NCBI GenBank assembly: GCA_020721905.1
Contig: DYLU01000005.1
Coordinates: 14,860-78,859, forward strand
Direction: 5' to 3'
DNA: 64,000 nucleotides
Source: Leptospira biflexa
GTDB taxonomy: Bacteria > Spirochaetota > UBA4802 > UB4802
Part shown: positions 1-9,300 of the stretch, one piece after another
How the letters are laid out: every line of letters starts with the position of its first letter
How positions within the stretch are numbered: the stretch's first letter is position 1
Program-made: the position numbers and the translations under genes
The notes under the pieces: generated by a model
What the model was told of the DNA's origin: nothing
The model's input: the letters and a program-made list of their open reading frames with translations, nothing else
Databases searched by the model: none

Positions 1-939
1 GAACAAACTGAAAAATACAATCGAAACAGACCAGAAAATTATGTACTGGTAAAGGAAATAAGAGAACTTATTGATTCATACGATAACAGAATGGTTGTTG
101 GTGAGGTTTTCAGTTATCCTCCAGGAAATCCTGAATTATCAGCAAGCTATTTACTTGATGGGAAAGGACTTAATTTATCATTTGATTTTTCACTGCTGTA
201 TCAACCATTTAATGCGCGAAAATTTTATCAATGCATAAAACGCTGGTACAACACAATCCCCAAAACAGGATGGCCTTGCAATGTATTATCCAATCATGAT
301 CAGCCCCGATACGGAGATAAACATTCTAATGATGATAGCGATTCTATAAATCGTTTACTGGCTTTGCTGCTATTAACGCTATGGGGAACTCCTTTCATCT
401 ACTATGGCGAGGAGATTGGCATGAAAAATAGTACCATCCCATTAAAAAATATTGTTGATCCTGCAGGCAAACGTTTCTGGCCAATCTATAAAGGAAGAGA
501 CCGTGCGCGTACTCCCATGCAATGGTCAGATGAAGCAAATGCTGGTTTCAGCAATTTCGCAAGCTGGCTTCCTATTGACAGTAACTATCGCACAATAAAT
601 GTAAAAAATCAGATAAAAGACCGATATTCACTGTTAAATTTTTTCAAGGATTGTATCCGACTCCGCAAAAAACATTCAGCACTAACCTGTGGTTTATGGG
701 AACCACTTGTAAAAGGCAAACATGGCATATTAGTATATCTGCGCAAAAACGACTATGAAACACTGTGTATAATTTTAAATTTTACTAATAGCCCAACATT
801 GTTAAACTATCGCTATGAAGCACAGTGGAAAGTACTGTATTCTACTCATCGGAGCAGGTTTGAACACTTTGCTGATCTCAGAATACAGTGTTACCCTTAT
901 GAAGCAACTATCCTGCAAAAAGTTGGTGATTTAACATAG
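1..939 (+). CDS. GH13 (alpha-amylase family) glycosidase, alpha-glucosidase/oligo-1,6-glucosidase-like; C-terminal part, 5' end outside window
   Basis: Frame 1 is open from base 1 (EQTEKYNRNRPENYVLVKEIRELIDSYDNR precedes the listed Met at 91). GH13 signatures are VLSNHDQPRYGD, FIYYGEEIGM and RTPMQWSDEANAGF. TAG stop at 937-939. Confidence 0.85.
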   Translation, partial: EQTEKYNRNRPENYVLVKEIRELIDSYDNRMVVGEVFSYPPGNPELSASYLLDGKGLNLSFDFSLLYQPFNARKFYQCIKRWYNTIPKTGWPCNVLSNHDQPRYGDKHSNDDSDSINRLLALLLLTLWGTPFIYYGEEIGMKNSTIPLKNIVDPAGKRFWPIYKGRDRARTPMQWSDEANAGFSNFASWLPIDSNYRTINVKNQIKDRYSLLNFFKDCIRLRKKHSALTCGLWEPLVKGKHGILVYLRKNDYETLCIILNFTNSPTLLNYRYEAQWKVLYSTHRSRFEHFADLRIQCYPYEATILQKVGDLT

Positions 940-940
940 T

Positions 941-1711
941 TCACAAGGTATAGGGAATGCCGTATTCAGGTATAACAACGGTAATATGCGGGAAAGCCTT
1001 TGTAACTGCTTCAACGAATTGTGTTGTATCCACCTGTGATGATATTGGTGGGAATGTATCATCAAAATGATGTAAAAATATTGATTGGGGAATAAATTTC
1101 TTTATAAAGCGCAGGGCATAGTGATCAATATCCAAACGACCCTGGAATGGAAGCGTCAGCATGGTTGGCTTATAAGGATAATCAATAGCCGGGGAAAAAT
1201 TTAAACTGCCAAAGTGCAGTATAGATTTATCACAACATACTATTTCATAAGCAAATATAGTACCTGCAGGCATTGCTTTATTCAGAGTCATAATTTTTAT
1301 AAATTCACCATAATATTCAAACATCCGCTTATTGATAAGAGTTTTGAATATAAGAGGAATATCAAAACGTATATGTTGGCTTTTATATATTTTTATGACA
1401 AATGGAGGAATTGATATAACCTGGCCATGGTCAATAATTCGTATATAATCTGGCAAAACACCCTGTTTAATTAAAACACTGGCTACCTGCACACTACAGT
1501 ATATAGTGCATTTAGTCATATTCCATATTTCAGGTATGTTATATATGTGATCAAAATGACCGTGTGTAATAAATATGTCTGTTGCATCTGTATAATCATA
1601 GACGGAAGCATACTGGAGGGATTTATTCATTGATATAAATGGATCAAAGTGTACAGAAGTGTTGCCTGAAGAGATTTTGATTGAAGCTGTACCAAACCAC
1701 TGTATTTCCAT
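941..1711 (-). CDS. MBL-fold metallo-hydrolase
   Basis: HxHxDH motif (ITHGHFDHIY) with further His/Asp ligand positions downstream. The ORF is open to 1753, but MEIQWFGTASIKI (ATG at 1711) matches the usual MBL N-terminus, so the start is uncertain. Confidence 0.75.
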   Translation of the reverse strand: MEIQWFGTASIKISSGNTSVHFDPFISMNKSLQYASVYDYTDATDIFITHGHFDHIYNIPEIWNMTKCTIYCSVQVASVLIKQGVLPDYIRIIDHGQVISIPPFVIKIYKSQHIRFDIPLIFKTLINKRMFEYYGEFIKIMTLNKAMPAGTIFAYEIVCCDKSILHFGSLNFSPAIDYPYKPTMLTLPFQGRLDIDHYALRFIKKFIPQSIFLHHFDDTFPPISSQVDTTQFVEAVTKAFPHITVVIPEYGIPYTL

Positions 1712-1911
1712 GTAGTGCAACCTGTTCTGTACTATTGTAATTTTAAATATCATATATATGATTATAATTACCGGTCAAGTATTTTTAAGAATTCAATATC
1801 GTAATTTTCAATAATTTCAATTTTTTTAATATCAACTTTATATTTTCTTCATAACTTCTCATTTTTTCTATAACAAATAATAAATGCTATTTCAATGATA
1901 GGAATTGCCTT

Positions 1912-3261
1912 ATGAAGTTTATCAAAAAAGTCATGCATCAACTGGATGAATATTTTTCTATTTATACAATTAAAAATGTAACAATCACCAGAATACCTGT
2001 ATGGGTTATTGTCATCTGTATTATATTAGTATTACTAATATCATCCAGTGGTTTTTTAAATCTATACTTTCTTAATGAATCACATCAGGAAATTGAAAAA
2101 ATAAATGAAATTACTTCATTAACGCAAACCACCCAAATTGAATTTGAAAAACAACTATCATTATTACATTACATGATACTGGAAAATGACCCTGAAGAAT
2201 TCCGTAAATATTTTCATCAATTCTCGTATCAATACACGTATGTACAAAATAATCTTTTCAATTTAAAGATATTATTAGTTGAATATCCAACTATACAGCA
2301 GAATATAGCAGAAATAATACATTACCATAAGCAATTTTCTGAGCTATTAATTGATGAAATAACACAATATAAAGAAAATAAAATAAATGCATCTGATGTA
2401 TATTCTATTATAAAGGGAAAAGATCAACATGCCATAGATCTTCTGGTAAAAACAAGCAATCATATTAACACAATAAATTACAATAATAGCATCAGGACTA
2501 AAAATAAGTATTATATATTTTCAATGATTTCAATTGGGCTTATTAGCAGCATGTCCATCGTACTGGTTATAATGATTGTCATTATCATTCAAGCTGAAAA
2601 GAGATTTCTTGTATCCATTGGAAAAAATTTATCAGCATATTTACCGACACAATTGGTACAAATGTTATTACATCGGCAAAAACAGGAAATAATCCCACTG
2701 CAAAAAAAATTTATAACTGTATGTTTTACTGATATTCAGGGTTTCACAAAACTCACCGACACTGTTGACATTGAAATTGCGGCAGATATTCTCAATGAGT
2801 ATCTATCTGTAATGACAAAAATTGCACACAAATATGATGCTACAATAGATAAATTTTTAGGTGATGGCATAATGATAGTATTTGGTGCACCAATATCAAT
2901 GACACCTGCACTTCAGACAGATAATGCAATACAAATGTCTATAGAAATGCTGAGGATATTTAAAGAATTGCATAAAAAATGGCAAAGTATTTTAAAACAT
3001 AACTCGCTACATTTACGTATTGGAATCCATTGTGGGGTAGCTACAGTTGGTAGTTTTGGGCCTCAGGAACGATTGACATTTACGGCTATTGGAAAAATTG
3101 TTAATATTGCATCACGTCTTGAACAAATGTGCCCTGAAGACAGCATACTTATTAGCTCGGAAGTAAAAAAATTAGCACCACATATAAAAACCACAAATCC
3201 TCATAATATTTCACTTAAAGGGATTGAACAGCCTGTTGAGGTATATAGTGTGGAATATTAG
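1912..3261 (+). CDS. membrane-anchored class III adenylate/guanylate cyclase with periplasmic/helical sensor region
   Basis: Two TM segments (VWVIVICIILVLLISS; IFSMISIGLISSMSIVLVIMIVIII) flank a helical region. The cyclase core follows: VCFTDIQGFTKLTD, KFLGDGIMIVFGAP, LRIGIHCGVATVGSFG, TAIGKIVNIASRLE. Confidence 0.85.
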   Translation: MKFIKKVMHQLDEYFSIYTIKNVTITRIPVWVIVICIILVLLISSSGFLNLYFLNESHQEIEKINEITSLTQTTQIEFEKQLSLLHYMILENDPEEFRKYFHQFSYQYTYVQNNLFNLKILLVEYPTIQQNIAEIIHYHKQFSELLIDEITQYKENKINASDVYSIIKGKDQHAIDLLVKTSNHINTINYNNSIRTKNKYYIFSMISIGLISSMSIVLVIMIVIIIQAEKRFLVSIGKNLSAYLPTQLVQMLLHRQKQEIIPLQKKFITVCFTDIQGFTKLTDTVDIEIAADILNEYLSVMTKIAHKYDATIDKFLGDGIMIVFGAPISMTPALQTDNAIQMSIEMLRIFKELHKKWQSILKHNSLHLRIGIHCGVATVGSFGPQERLTFTAIGKIVNIASRLEQMCPEDSILISSEVKKLAPHIKTTNPHNISLKGIEQPVEVYSVEY

Positions 3262-3267
3262 ACTATT

Positions 3268-4452
3268 CTATTCATACATGATACACGCGATTGTTATATC
3301 ATCCTGTTGAGGATATGTGCCTCTGAATCGCTGTATATCCGTCATTAAAGCATTCACTATTTTGGAAGGGTCATCCGAATAATTGCTTATAAACATCTTA
3401 TTAAAACGCTGTATGCCATACTCATTGGATTTAATATCTCGTTGTTCTATACATCCATCAGTTAAAATATAGATACAATCCCCTGACTGCAGTTTCATTT
3501 TTCCCGATTTTACATTTGTAATTTTTTGAACCCCAAGCGGTAAATTAATTTCTTTTAGTGAAAACTTGAAAACACCATCTCTATATAAATACGCCATCGA
3601 ATGTCCAAAATCATATACTCCCATTATCGACTCATCCTCATTAATGACTACAAAACAGGAGGTAACAAACTTTTCACCCTCAAAGGTAGAATAAATATAA
3701 TTATTTAAATGCAACAAAAAGGACTCAATACTATTTGTTTCAAAATCATTGGTACTGATCATTCCATTTATAATTGCAGTTATCATTGATGCTGCAATTC
3801 CTTTACCAGCAACATCACACACACCAACAATAATTTCATTTTTTGTTTTTTTTGGTATTATAAAATATGAGTCACCGCCAATATCCTGAACCATTTCATT
3901 TCTTATTGCAATGCGCAGACGCTTTGTCTGGACAACATACTCTTTGTTTACAATCCTGTTTATCACACGTTTTGCCTGCTCAATATCCTTCTGTGTCAAT
4001 CGTGACAGAAAAATCAACATATCCTTTGTTGAAAACAAACCCCTGTACGATCCCTGATCATCAACTAGTGCATAATAATCCTGTATCCCTGTTATGAGAT
4101 CCTTTTCAATTATTTTTGAACATTCAAATATGTGCATGGTATAATTAAAAGTGCGTACTTTTTGCATTACATCAATAACTGTTTTATTATAATATAATTC
4201 TCTTCCAAACCGTCTTCCCAGAATATCAAAAAGATCCTTTCGAATTATTGCTCCCTGTACATTCATTGACGCATTGACAACAGCAAGTGCAAAAATATTA
4301 TCCCGGTGAGCCATTTCGTCGGCTAACTCTTCGATTTTAGTGTTTTCAAGAACATAATAACTGGAGCTAACCAGCATTCCTGTGGAAAATCGGGTGTTGA
4401 GTGGTGGAGCTACTTGTTTTATAATTTCTTTGGTTTGTGTTTTTACTGACAT
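3268..4452 (-). CDS. CBS-domain-containing PP2C/SpoIIE-family serine phosphatase (RsbU-like)
   Basis: Two CBS-like segments in the N-terminal half (ALAVVNASMNVQGAIIRKDLFDILG; YYALVDDQGSYRGLFSTKDMLIFL). SpoIIE/PP2C motifs follow: GGDSYFIIP, VCDVAGKGIAASM, ILTDGCIEQ, QQDDITIACI. Confidence 0.8.
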   Translation of the reverse strand: MSVKTQTKEIIKQVAPPLNTRFSTGMLVSSSYYVLENTKIEELADEMAHRDNIFALAVVNASMNVQGAIIRKDLFDILGRRFGRELYYNKTVIDVMQKVRTFNYTMHIFECSKIIEKDLITGIQDYYALVDDQGSYRGLFSTKDMLIFLSRLTQKDIEQAKRVINRIVNKEYVVQTKRLRIAIRNEMVQDIGGDSYFIIPKKTKNEIIVGVCDVAGKGIAASMITAIINGMISTNDFETNSIESFLLHLNNYIYSTFEGEKFVTSCFVVINEDESIMGVYDFGHSMAYLYRDGVFKFSLKEINLPLGVQKITNVKSGKMKLQSGDCIYILTDGCIEQRDIKSNEYGIQRFNKMFISNYSDDPSKIVNALMTDIQRFRGTYPQQDDITIACIMYE

Positions 4453-4939
4453 GTATACCTTCCTGTTGAATATAGAATATAAATATTTTTTTCGCGTTAT
4501 ATTGTATTAAAATCAGCCTGTATTGCCTGTTATGATAAACAACTTCATTTATGTTCCATCATAATACCCTATTTGATTAATAATAGTTAACTGATTTACC
4601 ATACACTGTTTATAAATAGATTGATATGGTTAAATATTTATAAAAATGTTATAAAATTATTCTAAAATGCCATTTACTGTTTTATTTATCTATACCATAG
4701 TGTATGGTGCAAATAGCTAATATTTGTTATATACCAAAATTACGCAAAAATATGATGCAGTATACACTGATTAATGTTCAGAATAATCATTGTAAAAAAA
4801 CCAGTGCTTATATGAAAAAACTATTTGCTATTTTTCACCAATCAGATAATAATTAATTGTTTATCAAACTTATTTTCAATTCTTTGATGGCAATTGTGCA
4901 TTATTTACTGTGATATAATTTGATAAGAGGACATGAATA

Positions 4940-5419
4940 ATGAGGAATTTTTTAAACGCTTTTATATTGTTTTTTGTAATTTTTTCTAACGCAACAACAC
5001 ATTCAAATGCTGGTGATGTTGTGTTATATAAAAGTGCTCTTGGATTTAAGGTTGCAGTACCATTGTGGGATACTTCCGAGATGATGCATGACGACATATA
5101 CGAATTTATATGTGCTAAATCTGAATACATATTTATTAAAATCTATAAATTACAAACCATTGAAAATGATATTCTCCATACCATAACATGGAGGATATGG
5201 GATACTGATCCCAATGCCCATTTTATTATCAACACAAAAACCGATGAAGGCGGTATAATCATAACAACATACCGTAATAACAATACAGCACTTCATAGAT
5301 TGCGAATCATAACACATAATAATGCTGCTTTTATTATTGAATGCAGTGCACCGGAAAAAACATTCTATAATTATGAAGTTTATTTTAAAACGGTTTTTCA
5401 GAGTTTCCAAATTCTATAA
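4940..5419 (+). CDS. hypothetical secreted protein
   Basis: AGAGGA Shine-Dalgarno just upstream of the ATG and a signal-peptide-like N-terminus (MRNFLNAFILFFVIFSNATTHS). I recognise no family. Confidence 0.5.
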   Translation: MRNFLNAFILFFVIFSNATTHSNAGDVVLYKSALGFKVAVPLWDTSEMMHDDIYEFICAKSEYIFIKIYKLQTIENDILHTITWRIWDTDPNAHFIINTKTDEGGIIITTYRNNNTALHRLRIITHNNAAFIIECSAPEKTFYNYEVYFKTVFQSFQIL

Positions 5420-6295
5420 TAATTGTGCTATATCCAGAGGTTTTGGTTTTGATTCATCAATAATAAGCTCCAAAGCATTGTTGGGGCAATGCTCCACACA
5501 CAGCCCGCAGCCAGCACATATATCCTGATTATATTCCCACTTTCCATCACTTACCGTGATTGCATTAAACGGGCAGATAGCTACACATTCCAAACAGGTT
5601 TTACAGCGATTACTGTTATGAGTTATCGAATACCCCGCATGCACATTCATAGATAATCTTTTATCAAACTTTTTGGCAAACTGAGTGGCTTTTAAGCTTA
5701 CACACGATTTTGGATGACAATTGCATATAACACCCGTACTGCCACCAGTAGCAACCTTAAAAAAAGCCTGCGTAAGATAGCCATGTTTTCTGAATTTTTG
5801 TATTAAATCGAGGGCTTCCTGCTGGGTTATCTTTTTTGCATTGTATTTCTTTCCATGCTCAAGCCAGAATGATGCAACAGGTTTGCCAACCGCAATGCAT
5901 GAGTTAATTGTCCAGGGTTGATCCCCCAGTGTTTTTTTTCAGGGACAATCCATCACAGCTATAAAATCAGGCTCAGTAAAGATGATCTTATACGCATATT
6001 TGTAAGGAATAATACTTCTGTTGGAATCAGTAATATGTGCTATATCCCTGTTTAATTCTAAAATTTTTTTGGTATCACCAAATGATAATATCTTGGCATG
6101 ATACCTATCAAACGCAAATTTAAGAAAATGTCGTAGTGGTGTAAACCATGAAAAATGTTCAGTCAAAAATTTAAATATATGATAGAGTATAAATACATAC
6201 GGATAATAGAAGACAAAATATAAATAATTATGGATAGCTCTGTCTATGCGCCACCCATGTTTTCTGAATACGGCTATTGTTGAAGGTTTTAATAT
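5414..6295 (-). pseudogene. 4Fe-4S dicluster-domain membrane-anchored protein interrupted by one in-frame TGA (5941-5939) and lacking a canonical start; pseudogene or possible Sec-containing gene
   Basis: The listed ORFs 5939..6166 and 5414..5650 and the 288 nt between them share one frame, with a single TGA after ...AVMDCP. The C-terminus has two ferredoxin CxxCxxCxxxCP motifs (CKTCLECVAICP, CAGCGLCVEHCP) and a further Cys cluster (ICNCHPKSC). A hydrophobic N-terminal segment (AIHNYLYFVFYYPYVFILY) is in frame, but no ATG/GTG/TTG precedes it; there is only an ATA at 6295 after GGAGGA. Confidence 0.5.
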
Positions 6296-6324
6296 TGTTT
6301 TTAATGTTCCTCCAAATGAAACTA

Positions 6325-9300
6325 TTAAAAATACCTGGCTAACATTGCCTCTAATTCTTCTAAGGTAAACGGCTTACACAACCCACCGTTGAAGCCATAA
6401 TCCCGGGGGTGTGCCAGCACCGGATCTTCATGATAGCCGCTCATGACAAATGCCGGAATATCTTTATCAAACTTTCTGATTTCTTCAATAGCATCTTTGC
6501 CGCCCATCCCGCCTTTAATGGTCATATCAAATATTAAAGCATTAAAAGGTGTCCCTGACTCCTTTTCTTTGATATACATATTTATTGCATCCCTTCCATC
6601 ATCCACCGCTACAGCACTAAAACCCAGATGGGCCAGAAATTTCAACATAATCTCGCGCATCATTGGTTCATCATCCAGCACCAGAACCCTGCCTCCTTTT
6701 AATACTTTCCTTTCTTCAACCTTTTTTTGTTGTGCTGGTTCTTTTTTTGTTGCAGGAATGTAAATATAAAAGGTTGTACCTTTACCCGGCTCTGATTCAA
6801 CTTCAATGGTACCCTGATGGCGTGCAATAATTGAATAGCTTGTAGCAAGCCCTAATCCCTGTCCTATACTTTTCGTTGTAAAGAAAGGATCAAATATTTT
6901 TGGCAGAACTTCTTTAGGAATACCAACACCCTGATCGGCGATAGTTACCCTGATATAATCACCCTGCAATAATGGATGCTCTCCTTTGGCAAATGATATA
7001 TTGCCTGCACCAATAGTAATAGTTCCTCCCATTGGCATAGCCTGCACTGCATTGATGACAATATTTTGAATTACCTGTGAAATCTGATTGTAATCAATTT
7101 CAGCATTATCAGGACTATCATCAATGTGAAACTGAGCTTTAACATTTGAACCACTTATTGCAAACTGTACTGTATCCTGAAGAAGGGGGATAATGGATTG
7201 AACCTTCTTAACAGGCTGGCCGCCTTTTGAAAATGTCAATAACTGTCCCGTTAATCCTTTTGCACGTTGAATTGACTTCAGCGCATTTGCCAGCATCTCA
7301 GAAACAGTACTGTCAGATACATAAGCATTTGCCAGACCAATGTACCCAAATACTCCTTCAAGTATATTATTAAAATCATGTGCAATCCCACCTGCCAGAA
7401 GGCCAATCGATTCTAATTTCTGTGCTCTCTGAATTTGTTCAATTAACTGCAATTTTTCAGTCATATCCCTGAAAACCAGTACAACGCCTAATATATTGCC
7501 TGCTTTATCCTTTATTGGTGCAGCACTGTCAGCAATTACACGTCGCGTGCCATCCTTTGCCACAAGAACTGTATGATTTGACAGTTCATATACATGTCCG
7601 GTCGATAAAACTTTGTCCACAGGATTATCTAATGGTTTGTCCGATAATTCATGAACAATCACAAAAATTTCTGAAAGGTGCTTGTTCATAGCTTCTGACT
7701 GTGAATATCCTGTAAGATGTTGTGCTGTTTCATTGATAATTACAACCCTTCCATCAGTATCTGTGGCAATGACACCATCACCAATACTTTGCAGAGTAAT
7801 ACGCAATTTTTCTTTTTCTTCAAACAGTTCTTCTTCTGCTTTTTTGCGATCAGTTATGTCAAGTATTGAAGCAAGGCCAGCAGGTCTGCCTCTATATTGT
7901 ACTGTTACACTTGTGACATAAACCCATTTAACCTGCCCATCCTTACTGATAATCCTGAATTCATAACTGTCTAAACCCTGATTGCCCTGATGCCGCAATT
8001 GCACTTTATTAATGATCATTTCTTTGTCTTCAGGATGTACAAGAAACCAGAAATTCAAATGAGCTACTTCTTCAAAATTATACCCTGAAATCTGCTCTGC
8101 TGCCTCATTTATATACACAAACTTATTATCCTGATATACTATAATAGCCATAGGACTGGAATCTGCAAGCGTTCTGAATTTTGCTTCGCTTTCAGCAAGT
8201 GCACTGGTTACCTGCATACGTTCAAACGACTTCCACGCAGCATCCATAAGTAGTGTGAGTTGCAACACATCCATTTCAGTGTAATCTGTTTCTTTGTTTG
8301 CCACACCTACCGTGGCAACTATCTCCTTATTCCTGAAGACAGGAATGCCTAAAAACCTGTCAATGGCCACATGACCTTCAGGATATCCTTTTTTAAGCGG
8401 ATTTTTATCTTTATAATTATTTATTATTATTGGCCGTGCCTGTCGTACCGTTTCAGCCCATATCCCTGCTGTGTCTAAATAATACACCTCAGGTTTTTCA
8501 ATTATTGTGCATTCATTCATTACTTCTTTTGACCAGGCATTGAGTACAAATTTCTTTTCAGTATCATCATAATTTAATATAAATCCAATTTTACTGGCAG
8601 TAAGCTGCAAGCCTTTTTCCAGCACATATTCAAAAAGTTCATGGGCATCTTTTGCATCATATTGCAGTATTGATATTGCTGCTTCCAATCGCTCCTTATT
8701 TTTTATCAGAAGTTCCCCGGCAATCTTTTGCTGAGTTAAGTCATGAGCAACGATCATAATTGATACAATCTTGCCATCCTTGACAATAGGCGTTGATGTA
8801 ACCTGTACGGGAATAAACGTGCCAAATTTATTAATAAAATCTGTTTCATATTGTTCAATACCTAAATACCCGGATAACCGTTTTGCATGACGTTCATATA
8901 TCAAACGCCTGTATTTACGAGGAACAAACATTAATATGCTCTTGCCTATTATTTCTTCCCGTGTATATCCAGAAATATTAATAACCGCCTGATTAACATA
9001 TTGTATAATACCACCCATATCATGAAGGGCAATTAAATCCTGTGTTGACTCAGCCAGTGACCGGTAGCGCTCTTCGCTTTCTTTTAATTCCTGTTCAGCC
9101 TTTTTACGGCTATCTATATCCCTGACAATAGCTAATATCCGTTCTTTACCTGCCAGAACAGTTTGTTTCAATGTTACGTCAACCCAGAATGTTTCACCAT
9201 TTTTCTTTTTTGCCAGCCATTCAAATGTTGAAATTTCACCCTGCAAAGCTAATTTGATTTTTTCCTGAGCTACTTCCTCAGTAAAAGGGTACACATTTGC

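Noticed and set aside
4694-4708. Palindrome ACCATA-GTG-TATGGT in the 487-bp divergent intergenic region.
   Set aside because: Arms of 6 bp are expected many times by chance in a window this size, and I see no second copy or phased partner site.
4696-4709. A 14-mer CACCATACACTATG shared between two long intergenic regions (4696-4709 on the minus strand and 17476-17489 on the plus strand), plus a shorter ACCATACACT at about 4598.
   Set aside because: Among roughly 64 kb compared with itself on both strands, several exact 14-mer coincidences are expected by chance, more so in AT-rich sequence. No flanking similarity extends the match.
4753-4763. The 9-mer ATGCAGTAT recurring in four intergenic spots (4753, 23019, 23049, 62274) as a dispersed regulatory motif.
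   Set aside because: Many 9-mers should reach four occurrences by chance in 128 kb of two-strand sequence. Only the local 11-mer pair at 23019/23049 is kept, as a low-interest observation.
4876-5410. Minus-strand ORFs 4876..5130 and 5150..5410, opposite the 4940..5419 gene.
   Set aside because: The plus-strand ORF has an AGAGGA RBS, an ATG and a signal peptide. The antisense ORFs have none of these, and they are split.
5912-5929. Hairpin CUGGGG-GAUCAA-CCCUGG downstream of the in-frame TGA as a bona fide SECIS element.
   Set aside because: It has only 6 bp, two of them G-U, and no clear match to the conserved apical loop features I remember for bacterial SECIS. It is mentioned in the finding as weak supporting context but not called as a feature.
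5939-5941. Genome-wide TGA reassignment (genetic code 4 or 25) as an explanation for the in-frame TGA.
   Set aside because: TGA clearly terminates other genes in the window, for example motA at 41944-41942, where the protein ends at the expected length. No other conserved gene needs TGA read-through.
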